This document shows positions 12,458-24,352 of a stretch of 64,000 nt of DNA, piece by piece. Source of the stretch: Vicugna vicugna. Its lineage: Eukaryota. The notes beneath the pieces are model-generated. The model had not been told where the DNA came from, made no database searches, and worked only from the letters and a program-made list of their open reading frames with translations. Each line of letters starts with the position of its first letter. Positions within the stretch are counted from its first letter, which is position 1. Both the position numbers and the translations under genes were made by a program. The stretch lies in assembly GCA_013265495.1 (NCBI GenBank), contig MU058384.1, positions 5,948,792 through 6,012,791 on the forward strand, read 5' to 3'.

Positions 12458-13778
12458 GAGCAGAGCCCTAGGTCTTCAATAAACGTTCACAGTACTTATT
12501 TTGATTACTAGCTAAGCTGAAAACCCACGCAAAGGCCCTTACTCCAACTTCCCTGTCACCTAAAACAGCTTGAGATCAGCTCAGTTGTTGTGGGGTGCAA
12601 TTTTCAGTCGTGATCTGTGATGCTTCATAGTTTACTTTCTACTGTGGCATCACTCCTATGGTCATGAACTTCTGGAACGCCGTTAAGCAGAGATTTTCCC
12701 GTTTCATAAATCATTTTCGGAGATCTTGCCTGATTTGTGAGGCAGAGATGGAGTTTAAACAGTGGTCAAAGATAAGGCACAGATCTACCCTGGGAGTTCG
12801 TAAAGATCTTCCTGTGGGAAAAGATCTGCCATATTTCAGAGATTTGGAGTTCTTTGTGGAGCCAAGAGTGACATACGAGCTTTGTTACTTGAGGTATTTC
12901 TTGTTTATAAGGTTTTCCAGTTTGTTTCTCTGCCAAAAAGAAATGGTAGAATATATCAGCATATGAAAATTGTAATTTAAAGACAGAATTTTCTAGGTTC
13001 TTGGAAAGCTAGGATTATTTTATAAGTACCAAGGCAGACATATGAAATACTCAACAAATTAGAGCTAGATGTCCATGTTATAATCGCTGTTTCTTGAACC
13101 ATCTAGGGAGCGTTAGGGAGGGTCAAGGAGGAAGAGAGAGTGTCTCAGGATTACCAAATTAGATTTCTGAGTTGTCTATTATGGAACTTATTTGACAGTT
13201 AAATTGTGCAAGGTCAGTTAACCAACTGAATTTTCTTTTCTCAGTCCAGAGTATGTTATGGGTGACAGAGCATAACAGTGTTGTTCCAGATGTTATTAAC
13301 TTATCCTGAAAATAAATCATTTTTCGATGCCACTCAAAGTAAATGATTAGCTTCAGGTTAATGCTGACAAGTCTGAAAACAAAGCTTCATTTTGGTAAAG
13401 TTGAAGCAAATTATCGTCCTGTAAGGACAGAAAAATAGTGACAACAAAGGAATGAATAGAAGACTAAGACAAAAACAATAATGCCCATTGGGATGATTGT
13501 ATCACTTTTGATTATGCTCTTTTGACATAATTTTTTAACAAATCTGTCTTACTTTATAACTTTCTCAGATTTTTTTAAAAGGAAGATTTAAAAAAAAAAC
13601 TCCTTAAAAATAGTTTTGAAATATAGGAATCAAATTTTCAAAAAAATTTGAGCTGACAGTGCCATTCTAGTGAGTTTGATATAATTTGTGTAGAAAAGCA
13701 AGTAGATAAATTCACCTCTAAATAACGAAACTAAGCCCAGATAATTCAAACCACCTCTCTGCTTTTTGGAAGAAAAAC

Positions 13779-14288
13779 GTTATTGAGATATAATTCACAC
13801 ACCATAAAATAAAATACAAAGTGTACAATACAAGGTTTTTTAGTAGAATCACAGGATTGTGCAAACATTACTGCAATCTAATTTAAAATATTACCCCCTC
13901 CACTACAGAGAACCCCCCACTCATTAGCTGTCACTTCCATTCCCTTCCTCCCACCCCAGCCCTAGGTAGTCACTAACCTACTTTGTCTTTAACATTTGAT
14001 TTCTGACTGCAGATTTGTCTATTCTGAACATTTCGTATAAATGGAATTACACAGTATGTGGCCTTTTGTGACTAGATTCTTTCACTTAGCATCATGCTTT
14101 TGAAATTTATGCCTATTGTAGCATGTTGTCAGTACTTCATTCCTTTTTGATGGTTGAATAACATGCCGCTGAATGGATATACCCCATTTGATGAATCCAC
14201 TCATCAGTTAATGGACATTTGAGTTGTTTCCATTTTTGGATTATTATAAATTATGCTGCTGTAGTCACTTGTGTACAAGTTTTTGTGC
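13779..14288 (-). mobile_element. L1MB-like 3' end
   Basis: ttattgagatataattcacacaccataaaat...aatggacatttgagttgtttccatttttgg...gtacaagtttttgtg. Confidence 0.85.
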
Positions 14289-14549
14289 TCTGCTCTGCTT
14301 TGATTCTATATAGTGCCAAGCACTGCTTGATCTGTATGTCCATGTGATAATGTAGAAATGTGCTCTCCATCTTGAAAGAAATAGAAATCTAACCCCAGTT
14401 TTCCTGCCCATTTACTAGGTTGTGAGTTGTTTTCCATGATATATGCATATAATTTAGCACTAAGAAGCACCGTAGGAGTAAAGAGTTATTTAATTTGTGT
14501 ATTCATTTGAACTAGGAGAAAGGGACCTGGAAAACAGAAAAAAAAATCA

Positions 14550-15850
14550 TTTTTGTTTGCAGATAGTCAAATTAATGAAGTCAATCAAACTAAACTATAT
14601 ACAAATATTAGAAACTAGCTATATTTGCTTGTGAGCTTTCCATCTGGCACAATTTAGATGATTTTGCTGCTGTTGGTTTTGCTAACCCTAAATTCTTGGA
14701 ATCCCACAGAATATTCATTTTACGCTTTAGAGAGCATTCTCTTCCTTTGGTTAAACAGAGCCTCTTTAGCCTTTTTTTGGTTGGTTTTAGCAGTGAGCAT
14801 TTGATTTCTGACTGCAGGCTCAACTGCATTTTTAAGGGGCTAGGTAGAATACTTACAGTGTTCTTCCTTGCAACTGGCATGGGTCCGGCTCCAACACGTA
14901 TTTTAGCACATTAATTGTTTACAAAGTAGAGCTCCAAGAGGAACAGATGGTATGATGTTAGACTGAATGGACAGCGGTTAGCACTTGTGCCTGTTCTCCG
15001 TAAAAAAGGTCATCCAGCAGGTGCCTACTTAATAGCCAGTCGAACCAGTTCTGCCATTGCTGCTCGGATGCCTTTCATTTATTTGTTTTTTATGTAGGTA
15101 AGGATTTTCAGTCTTCCCATTAACACAGGTAAAGTACTGCTCAAGACCGGGCCACTGTTGAATGGTAACACCGACTGAGAGAGATTGACGTGTGTAACAT
15201 GTTTAATTATCATGTCCAAATGTAAGTATTAAAATCTTTTCATTTTAGGGTGTCCTTTATTACATTGATTTATTACACAGATTCACCTAGTGCCTGCTAG
15301 AATACTTGAGACATATTTTTGGAACTCAAACATTTCATGGAACCACATTTATAGCACACAACAGTTTATTAACTTTGAGATGCAGACTCTGCTAGGAAAC
15401 CATGTAACTAGCCTAATTCCAACTAAATTAAGGTTTGCATCATATAGAGTCAGTTATAGAGCTGGTAGTTGCTACTACATAGTTAATAGTAGTTAATCAC
15501 TGTAGATAATTCAGAAAAAGAAAATCCTCTTTGGTAGTATCTGTCACACCTTTACAAAAATCTCAATGTATTATCAAGTTTCAAAGGAAACAAAGTAGAT
15601 CTCATTCAATTTGCAAGAGGGATTTTAAAGAGATGGAATCTAGTTATTCAGATGTAGCAATGGCAGTAGGATTAAAATAATAATTCCTGGGAAAAATGTC
15701 ATTGACTCTTTTATAACGTCAGCCATCCCCATCTGGAATTATATTTTATTGGAAAGAAAGTGCGGCTTTCCTGAGTTTTGCAATGTTTAGAGTGAGTGCA
15801 ATGAGATTCAACAGGACTTCAGAGCTTTCCAATTCTCTTTCTCTTCTGTG
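14550..15850. promoter_or_regulatory. Candidate conserved enhancer block
   Basis: No recognisable TE; dense motifs (TTAATT/TGTTTAC, CAGATGG, AAAGGTCA, CAGGTG). Function is inferred only. Confidence 0.5.
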
Positions 15851-17167
15851 TCATTTTGATTAAATGCATTTATGTTTTAGACCCAGACACAAGGTATATC
15901 CTTTACCTTAAAGTCTTTTTAAAAAAAATATGTATAGACAAGAAGTGGCTTTGGAATTGGGTGAGGTAGTGGCCTGAGAATGGGGTTTTAGACATGGCAG
16001 CACAAACTCCTGAGGTATGGAGTTCAGACAAAGACACTCCACTCAGTTAGAGTGGATCAAAACTTTCCACTCCCCTTTCCCGTTCTAGCACGTCAAAAGT
16101 GACCCTGCACATCCACTGAGCTTTGGAAAGCTCATTTCCAAGTGCACTCCTGTCCAGGACAAAACACATTTGGGCACTAAATACTATAGGAAGATGCTTT
16201 GGTGCAATGAAAAATGTTACTACTCGATGTGCATGGGTATTCTAGACATACGAGTCTTCATTGCAGAATGATTCTCTGGTAATTTTCTTTGCAAAAATAT
16301 AAGTGAGAAGTGACTTCCTTTTACAAATATGCATAAACTTAGTCCTTCTTGTAGCTGTACATGTTTATCTTCTTAATCATACAAAGATTTATAACTCCAT
16401 GTTATTTACTTATTGCGGGACAGGTGGCCTCCTGACAAGTTAACCTCAGAGTAGGATACAGTAGTTTATCTTATTAAAGATATATTGACATTCATACCAC
16501 ACAAATCACCTTCTAAAACCATTGTATAGACTGTCCACTGGCTTCCAATTAAACCTAAAAGACACAAAGATAAGTGAATAAACGAAAGAATCAATGAGGT
16601 AATAATAGGGGGTAAAATATGGACATCTGTTGTCTACTTGTAAGAGGGAAGGAGAAATTTAGCGTGGTCTTTGGCAATCTAGTTATGTAATTTGCATTTT
16701 ATTCTAAGGATGCTTACCCCTCCTCTCTCTCTCTGCACTGTAAGAATGTTAGTTACTGTTATTACCTGGGCAGTTAAACAGTGTGGCTACTTTATATGGG
16801 CTATCAAGGGAATGAGTAATTGGAAAATAAGCATGTATCTCTTCGGGAATTTAAAAATGTTTATAAAAGTCTTTTGAAAATTCTCTTTTGACGGATCTTG
16901 AAGAAAATACAGAGAAAATGACAAAGCAACCAGAGTAGATGCTGATTTTCCCACTATAGGAACCTGGACTCTGAGTGTTTATAAACTGTCAAAGTATCCT
17001 TTTTGTAACATTATGAGTTGAAGTAACCCAGGTAGAGGTTCATTGCCTAAACAACACCAAGACTATCCAGTAAGTGTCAACCATTGCTTAAATAATTCCC
17101 GAGTGTCCAGATACGTAATTCTGTGCTTAGTGTGTGTACCCGCGCATGTGTGTGGGGGGTGGGGTAC

Positions 17168-17224
17168 GGGAAGAAGGAGGAGGAGGAGGAGGGGAAGAAG
17201 GAGGAGAAGAAAAAGAAGAAGAAA
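17168..17224. repeat. Pure purine (GGA/GAA)n low-complexity tract
   Basis: 57 consecutive purines. Confidence 0.95.
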
Positions 17225-19347
17225 TAAAAGATTTTGAACTTGCTCCCCTCTAGTAACTAACAAAACTAGGCATACAAGCACTCAAGGAAAGTTTCTCATT
17301 TAAGATTACAAATTTTAAAAAAAGAAATGTATTAAGGTGTTTATTTTGCAATGGGAGACAGGATAGACTCACTTTTCTCAATAAATGCAGTGTTCCTATA
17401 GTAGCAAGCATTACAAAATACCTGCTGAATACCACTTATTTTTTTTTCCCCTGAGGGGAGGGAGATCTCACACCTTTTATTTTTATTAATGTATCTGTAT
17501 GCTCAAGAGCTAGGCCAGGAAATTGATGGTGTTTAATCTGCTGTAAATCCTTGGGATTTTAGAAATCATGGTTCAAATTTTCTTCTTTTTTTAAATGAGT
17601 GCATTTGATTCACTTTGGAAAAAACTTGAAAATGCAGAAAGCACAAAGCCAATAATTACAGCCATAATGTGATTCTGAGTTAATCTCACAATAAGACTAT
17701 CTTTTTCATAGATGACCTTTCAATGTTCTGTTGAGGATTTATCACTTCCTGTGTGTTACACATACAATGGGCAGATTATAATCTCATTGGGCAAAATAGG
17801 CATGTAAATGCCTCTCAAAGCTTCTGTTACTTTGTGTGGATAGAGGTGGCATTATTACAAATAGACAAACATTTGCTTCTTTTATTCTCCATTTTTGAAA
17901 CTAAGAGGAATGTGTCCAGTCAGTGTTAAGAGCTACACGTTGTTTTATTTCTGAGGAAGTGAACCTTTAAAGAACAATCTGTGTTCCTCCTAGTTGTAAA
18001 AATTTCAAAATATGTACTAAAACAAGACATAAAATATTATTGTTGCTTATAGTTCTTTCTCACCAGTGCAAAGAACAGTGGAAAACTGAGGAACTATTTA
18101 TTTGGTCCAAATGAATCTCTGTTGTGAAGTAAAAACTACTGCTCTCTAAAACTGAGATTTTTAAAAATTTCAAATAACCCAAACCTGTCAGGGTAAACCT
18201 GGTCGACATTATCCCCTAAAAGCTTAGGGGGAAAAACATACCTTATGACTTTCAGTTTAAAATAAATACTCACCATTGTGCCTGCTTTTATAAGTCGTTT
18301 AAGTCAGAACTTCAAAAATTGAATTATGTACTGCCGAATATTAACTGAGCAATTCAGATTAGCATGATTCTTGTGGTTAATATTTGCACAAACTTCTAAT
18401 AATTATCAAGATGGCCTTTATTTGTTTTTTCTTGCCACTGACCCATAGGATTTGCTCAGAGAAAACAGATCAGCCTCTTCACTGATAAGAAGAGTAACCC
18501 AGAAGGCCATCTGCAAGATGTAGGTGGTGAGGAATTTCTTTTTTTAACATGCATCAAAATATGTTAATATACATTGCCTTGGACAGATGAGATGTGCGAT
18601 TTCTTTGAGTAAGTTCAAAGATGTTTATACAAAAACATAGGCCCTAGTTACTTTATCTTTTGAAAAGAAAAGAACTAGTGAAAATGGAAATTCCAGAAGT
18701 GTCTGTTTCTTAGAATGAGATCAGTTTAAATTTTTCCAGTGCATAGAAAAACACTTTCAAAAAAAATTTTAAGCATTAAACTTAACATATCATGTTTTAG
18801 AAAATACATAAGAGCAACCTGGATTTAGGGGGTTTAGATTGAGTCTTTGAAGTATCTTAAATCTCCTTGAGACCAAAAGGATTGTTTATAACTAACAGTT
18901 GCTTTGTAAAAACAATGTTGACGAGATGTTTTAAAATTTTCCTGTTAAATTTTTATGAGAATATGTGAGTTGGGAAAAGGGAGCATCTGTATTGCAAGAT
19001 GACTTCATAAAATTGATTTACTTAATCTCAGAAATGGGGAACAGGATGCCTAGCAAAGGAGAGATTTATCAGTGGCTTGTATACATGAAGCAAATGAAAA
19101 TATGGAAAGCTATTATCAGCTTTAGAGGAGCCTGGTCATTTCTGAATATTAGGATAAGACTAGTGATTAAGTATCTTGAATAGATTTTTTTTTGTGGGTC
19201 TCTTTTGTTAGACTAACAGAACCCAACAGCGGGGTGTACATGACTTGAGAGGGAATTACAAGACTACTGAATGTATCAAATTCACAAATACATACTTGTC
19301 TGTAAAGTTTTGCTCTTAGTATGATCAGATTTTATTCAAAACAGATC

Positions 19348-19618
19348 TTTTTTTTAATTGAAGTATAATTGATTTATAACGTTGTGTTAGTTTCTGGTGT
19401 ACAGCATAGTGATTCAGTTTTATATATATATATTCTTTACCATTATAGGTTATTACAAGCTATTGAATATAGTTCCCGGTGCTAAACAGTGGGTCCTTGT
19501 TATTTATCTATTTTATATATAGTAGCGCGTATCTGCAAATCCCAAACTCCTAATTTATCCCTCCCCCAACTTTTTGCCCCTGGTAACCATAAGTTTGTTT
19601 TCTATGTCTGTGAATCTG
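19348..19618 (-). mobile_element. Cetartiodactyl/camelid-type L1 3' end
   Basis: Same tail family as 11816-12207 (aattgaagtataattgattt...gtaaccataagtttgttttctatgtctgtga). Confidence 0.85.
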
Positions 19619-20559
19619 AAACTTGTTTGAAAATCGACTGTATTCATAGTTGGAGCTGCTGACAGAGAGAGAATTCTATTCTAACAAAAGCCTTTCACTG
19701 TCTTGCTGTATTATACGATTTTTTTTTTCCTTGTTTGCTTTTAACTCATCCATTTTTGGCTGTATGCTTTTGTAACAGTCAGCTTTTGTCAAGAGAAGGT
19801 CAAAAAATTGGAGGGAGACTCAACAAAGAAATAGCCCTTCCAAAATGTTGATTTTTCAATTTCTCACCTATCAATGAACCTGCTGGTTACTTATTTCACT
19901 AATTAGCTTCTTCTAAGAAAATATGAACAGAAATTTGTGCCACTGCTGAATTCCAAATTAATAAAAAAAAAGTTATGTTAGTTTTAATTAGTAAGAGATT
20001 TATTAAAGAAGAGAGTTCAAAATACTTGGAATTTTACTTATTATGTTATTAACATACACTTGATTACCTTAATATATAATACATAAGTACATTTATTATA
20101 TATTACTGTGTCTGAAATATATTTATTTTTTCTTGTTCTAGTCACATATGTACTACAGAATTTGAAGCATTAGCTGCAGTGACTCCCTGCCTTTCTCTCT
20201 CATTCTCTCTATGTTCATTATTTAGGCTATTACCAACTTATATTTTCCAATATTTTTTTCTTATATAATATCTCTCATGATATAATAAATGTATTTTGAT
20301 CTATTTTCACTTTAGATTGATAAGGATTTATTATTACAGGGTAATAGCCTTAGATTTCTTAACATTTGAAAAATGTTATTAAATTACTAAGTGATTTGAG
20401 GAATGCTTTTTCTGGGTGTGAAGATTGCTTTGCATTTTGTTTCTTGTTTTTTGGGGTGGTTTTTTTTTGGATTCTCAGCATATACTCTTGACAAATGGAC
20501 ACATTTGTGCTTATGCTGAATAAAGTAAATTGAAATTAACTTTATCATAAGAATTACAT

Positions 20560-20780
20560 TTATACTCCTTTTTTAAAAACAATCAGGATTTCTTGAATAT
20601 ATATGCACTACGAAAAAGTGCAGTTGATTTGATGTCATTTTTCTAAAAGATACAGACGTAGAAAGAGACTTAAAAGGTCCTATGTCACAGTACTTGGTGG
20701 GAATATGAATTTCCCTTTGTTTATTTATATTTACTAAAGTTTTCTACAGTGAATTTTAATTGATTTTGTAATTAGAAAGG
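20560..20780 (+). mobile_element. Old L1ME-like 3' end fragment
   Basis: ttttctacagtgaattttaattgattttgtaattagaaa terminus. Confidence 0.45.
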
Positions 20781-23134
20781 CAAGGGATTTGGGGTTTTTT
20801 TTTGTTCATTTGTTTTTAACAATAAATTAAAGAAAAATAGTGCTGTGGAATTGAATCCAGAAAGCTAGTCTCACTGGATCTTGACAGATTGTGGTACACC
20901 AGATCCTTTGTTCAGTGGTTAGGTCAGAAGCCATGCCCTTGTCTGAGAGCTGGTACTGGCCGTGGGGAGGATGATTATGCTCAGAATCATGAGTCCTCAC
21001 CTGGAAAGGGACCCCAGCGGCTGCTGCTAGGGCAACCTTCTCATCCATCCTACAGATGTGCTCACACGGCCACATGGCCAATGTTTACTTCAAGAAGTCT
21101 TTTTCCAGAGGCCACAGACTCATGCAATATTTGCTGCCATGTCAGGTCTGCAGGTCTACACTGTTTCTAAACAACAGTTAAAAAATTTGGAATTAGTAAC
21201 TGCATTTAGCTATCAAGAGTACTCACATCAAAATTTAGATATCTAGGCTGTCTTGAAAATAACCTTGAAAAGGCCAACTTAGAGTTCTTTACATAGGTGA
21301 CAGGTGAACTGGAATAGTGATGGCCCATTTGATGAGGGCCACACACTTCTGTTCTCCATTGACTTCTTATGAACCACCTGGCTTTGTAGGCCACTGAGTT
21401 TGCAACTTCGGTTTATTAGTTAAGACTAGTGAAACTAGGAGAATGTGATTCTTCACTGGAAATAATTAGGATGGACAAACACTGGTCCTCAGAATGCCTT
21501 CGTTTTCCTCCTTGTACTTCTATGCCATTTGGGAATCATTGGGGAATGAAAAAAAGCAAATGGACCTAATCCACAGCTTGAAGTATTTAAGAGTCAGACT
21601 AAGTTCGGAAATGCGGCTTGAGAATGTGGGTTTGCTAATTCTATGACACACAGATGGTTGGGGGAGAGAAAGCGTCAGAGGCAATGACATAGTCCATTGG
21701 ACTTTCTTGAGCCCAATTTTAGGCAGGAGAAGGTGATACTGCCCTCTAAATGTCCTGCTCTAGACTCATAAATCTTCCACTTACATATTCATTTATACAC
21801 TTCTTAATTTGAACTACACCTCGAATGGAACCCTGAAGCAAAGCACATCGTGGGAAAAATGCATTGCTAAATCTTGAATTTGGATTCAAAGTGGATGTTT
21901 TAGTTGTGATGTCATTTCCAGACTACCTCCTTCTGTAAGTAAATTATTAAGATTTGTTAAATAGAGATACTTACACATGTAATCTTACTAAACCTTTCCA
22001 AGATGGAAGAGGATTCCAAGATTGATGTTAGCATCATAATTAAGGGTGAATGGCAGGAACATCTTACTCAGAGATAGAGGGGAACCATATATATTTAAAT
22101 GGGATGTCAAATAAGGTATGTGTTTCTTTCATGCTCTGTAATACTGACACATACCTTGAAGACACTGAAAATTTGGATTTGTTTTGAGATTTCATTATCT
22201 ATTGTCTCATAGGTTAAACCTTTCATACTTGCTGTAGTTAAAGATCCCAAAGTGTCTTTGCTCGTTTAACATTTCTCCAGAATAACTCTCATCCCTTGGC
22301 CTGAGTGACCAAATGCTTGGCTTACTGCAGCTTCATCTTTATAGCTACATTATTTGACCTGAACTAGATGATAACCAGTTTTATTTGCAGGAAAACATTA
22401 ATCTAAGCAGAAGCATTCAGAACATGTGTGTAAAATCATTTCTCTGAGTACACATCTATTGCGTTAATTTTACTTCTCAGTGTCTCACCAAGCTGCCTCT
22501 AGCACAATTTTCTTGTTAGTCTAAATAGGGCAGTCCTTTTCAGCCCTCCATGACTGTTTACATAGGCTATTGATCAATTTTGTTTGGATTTTTAAAAGTT
22601 GTCATGGCATTAAACCTGAAGGAAATAGTTAAAACACATCCTTTTAGACATAATTTTTCTTGGTTTGATTCCTTATTTAATAATTAGGAAGTGAAGAGCT
22701 GATTCCTAAATAGTTTTTGGCTTACAAACAAAACAGTATTTTTTAACACAATGCTTAGCTGTGGCTTTTGGACGTTTACGTCTTGCATGTCATTTGTGAA
22801 TGCTTTCAAATAAAAAATGTGCCGAGTTGCATTTAGTTTTTGGCCTCATACACAGCATAAGAGCTGTTTCCATGCTTATCCTAAGCCAGTTTTGTAAAGA
22901 GATGTAATGCTACTTAAATTTTAAACAAGTCAAGAGTCTCAAACAAGGCTGTGTTATGTTATCACATCTGGTCATTCTTTGCATTAAAAGGATTATTCTG
23001 TGTTTTGCAATATTCACTACTTGGACATCCAAAATGTCAGTAACAGACCAAAACCCTAACAGGTCACTAGAGGGAAGAGAATATGGAGAGTAAAGAATAG
23101 CATTGAAATACATTTTAATTTTTAAAAACTAGTT

Positions 23135-23284
23135 TGTAAAGTTCCGGGTTCATGGATTCTTCCAAGAATCTAATGAAAGCTGTAGACCCCTCTCCAGAGA
23201 AATGCACATACACTTGCAAAATTTGGATCTTCAGTGAGGCTTATCATGACTTTAGGCTCTTAGATCACAGGTTAGAAACCCTTG
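23135..23284. mobile_element. hAT-Charlie MITE, MER103C-like
   Basis: gaatctaatgaaagctgtagacccctctccagagaaatgcacatacac...caggttagaaaccctt. Confidence 0.75.
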
Positions 23285-23350
23285 CAACAAACTGATATGT
23301 TATACTTTATATACAATATAAAATATGTATGTATGTAGATATGTGCTAGG

Positions 23351-23373
23351 ATATATATATATATATATATATA
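23351..23373. repeat. (AT)n microsatellite
   Basis: Perfect AT tract. Confidence 0.95.
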
Positions 23374-23775
23374 GTTTTTTAAACCTTTAAGTAGTTAAGT
23401 AGTTAACTCCCCAAGTAATTTAAAGCTTGGAAATCTTGGTTGTTTCTGGCTAAGGGGATGTTCAATAGCATACAATGCAGGTAGGTATGCTTTTAGGAAC
23501 CAATATTTTAATGAAATCAAAGAATATGGTGAAAACAAATGATATAAAGTTAATTTATCTAACTGCAATTGAGTGAGACCTTCTTACCCTCATCCCTTAA
23601 ACAGTTTTTGATTTCAAATGTTGATGAGATGCCAATTTTCTAGGTAAGTCTGTAAAAAATGGATGTTAGAGCCCTTATTTTTTCAGCAATGTTCAGTTCA
23701 AATGGATGGGTGAGCAGGCCTAGGGTGGGGTGGGGGTGAGGAAGTGGGAGGTAGTGGAGGGTGAGGGGGTGGGGC

Positions 23776-23991
23776 AGTAGTAGAGTGTGTGCCTAGCATC
23801 CACGAGGTCCAGGATTCAATCCCCGGTACCTCTATAAAAATTATTTTTAATTTTCCTTATAATTCCTTCTTTGGACACAGAAGAGTAGTACAGTGTGTGC
23901 CTAGCATCCACGAGGTCCAGGATTCAATCCCCGGTACCTCTATAAAAATTATTTTTAATTTTCCTTATAATTCCTTCTTTGGACACAGAAG
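23776..23991 (+). repeat. 108-bp tandem duplication containing a 5'-eroded Vic-1-like tRNA SINE plus flank
   Basis: Copies 23776-23883 and 23884-23991 differ at one base; each has gtgtgtgcctagcatccacgaggtccaggattcaatcccc. Confidence 0.95.
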
Positions 23992-23994
23992 AAA

Positions 23995-24351
23995 TTTAGA
24001 AGCCTGTAGCATAATTCCAAAATTATTTAGAAAAGTGTTATTTAGAGAGTGTTCATAGTTTTCAGGTATTTGGGGGTTTCATACATCTTTTGTTATTGAC
24101 TTCTATTTAAATCCTGTTTTCATTAGAAAACACTGCTCATGATTTAAATCCTTTGTAACTTGGTTTTCCTATGACCCACTTTGGTGAATGTTTCAGGTGC
24201 ACTTGAAAAGACTGGGCCTTCTGCTGCTGTTGGCTCTGGTGATCTATACTTGTCAATTAGGTCAGGTTGGTTGGTACATCTTTATGGATTTTTTTGTCTA
24301 CTCATTCTCTCAATTACTGAGACTGGAGTGTTAAATCTCCAAATATAATTG
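23995..24351 (-). mobile_element. Old L1 ORF2 fragment
   Basis: ttggtgaatgtttcaggtgcacttgaaaaga...gtgttaaatctccaaatataattg. Confidence 0.75.
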
Positions 24352-24352
24352 A

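Noticed and set aside
15014..15027. CCAGCAGGTGCCTA as a CTCF site
   Set aside because: Lacks the GGC of the core; better explained as a CAGGTG E-box.
17043..17281. Poly-Arg (protamine-like) and poly-Leu ORFs
   Set aside because: Translations of a GGA/GAA microsatellite.
23776..23991. Direct repeats as a CRISPR-like array or repeat protein (89-aa ORF)
   Set aside because: Only two contiguous copies with no spacers, in eukaryotic DNA; the ORF merely reflects a unit length divisible by 3.
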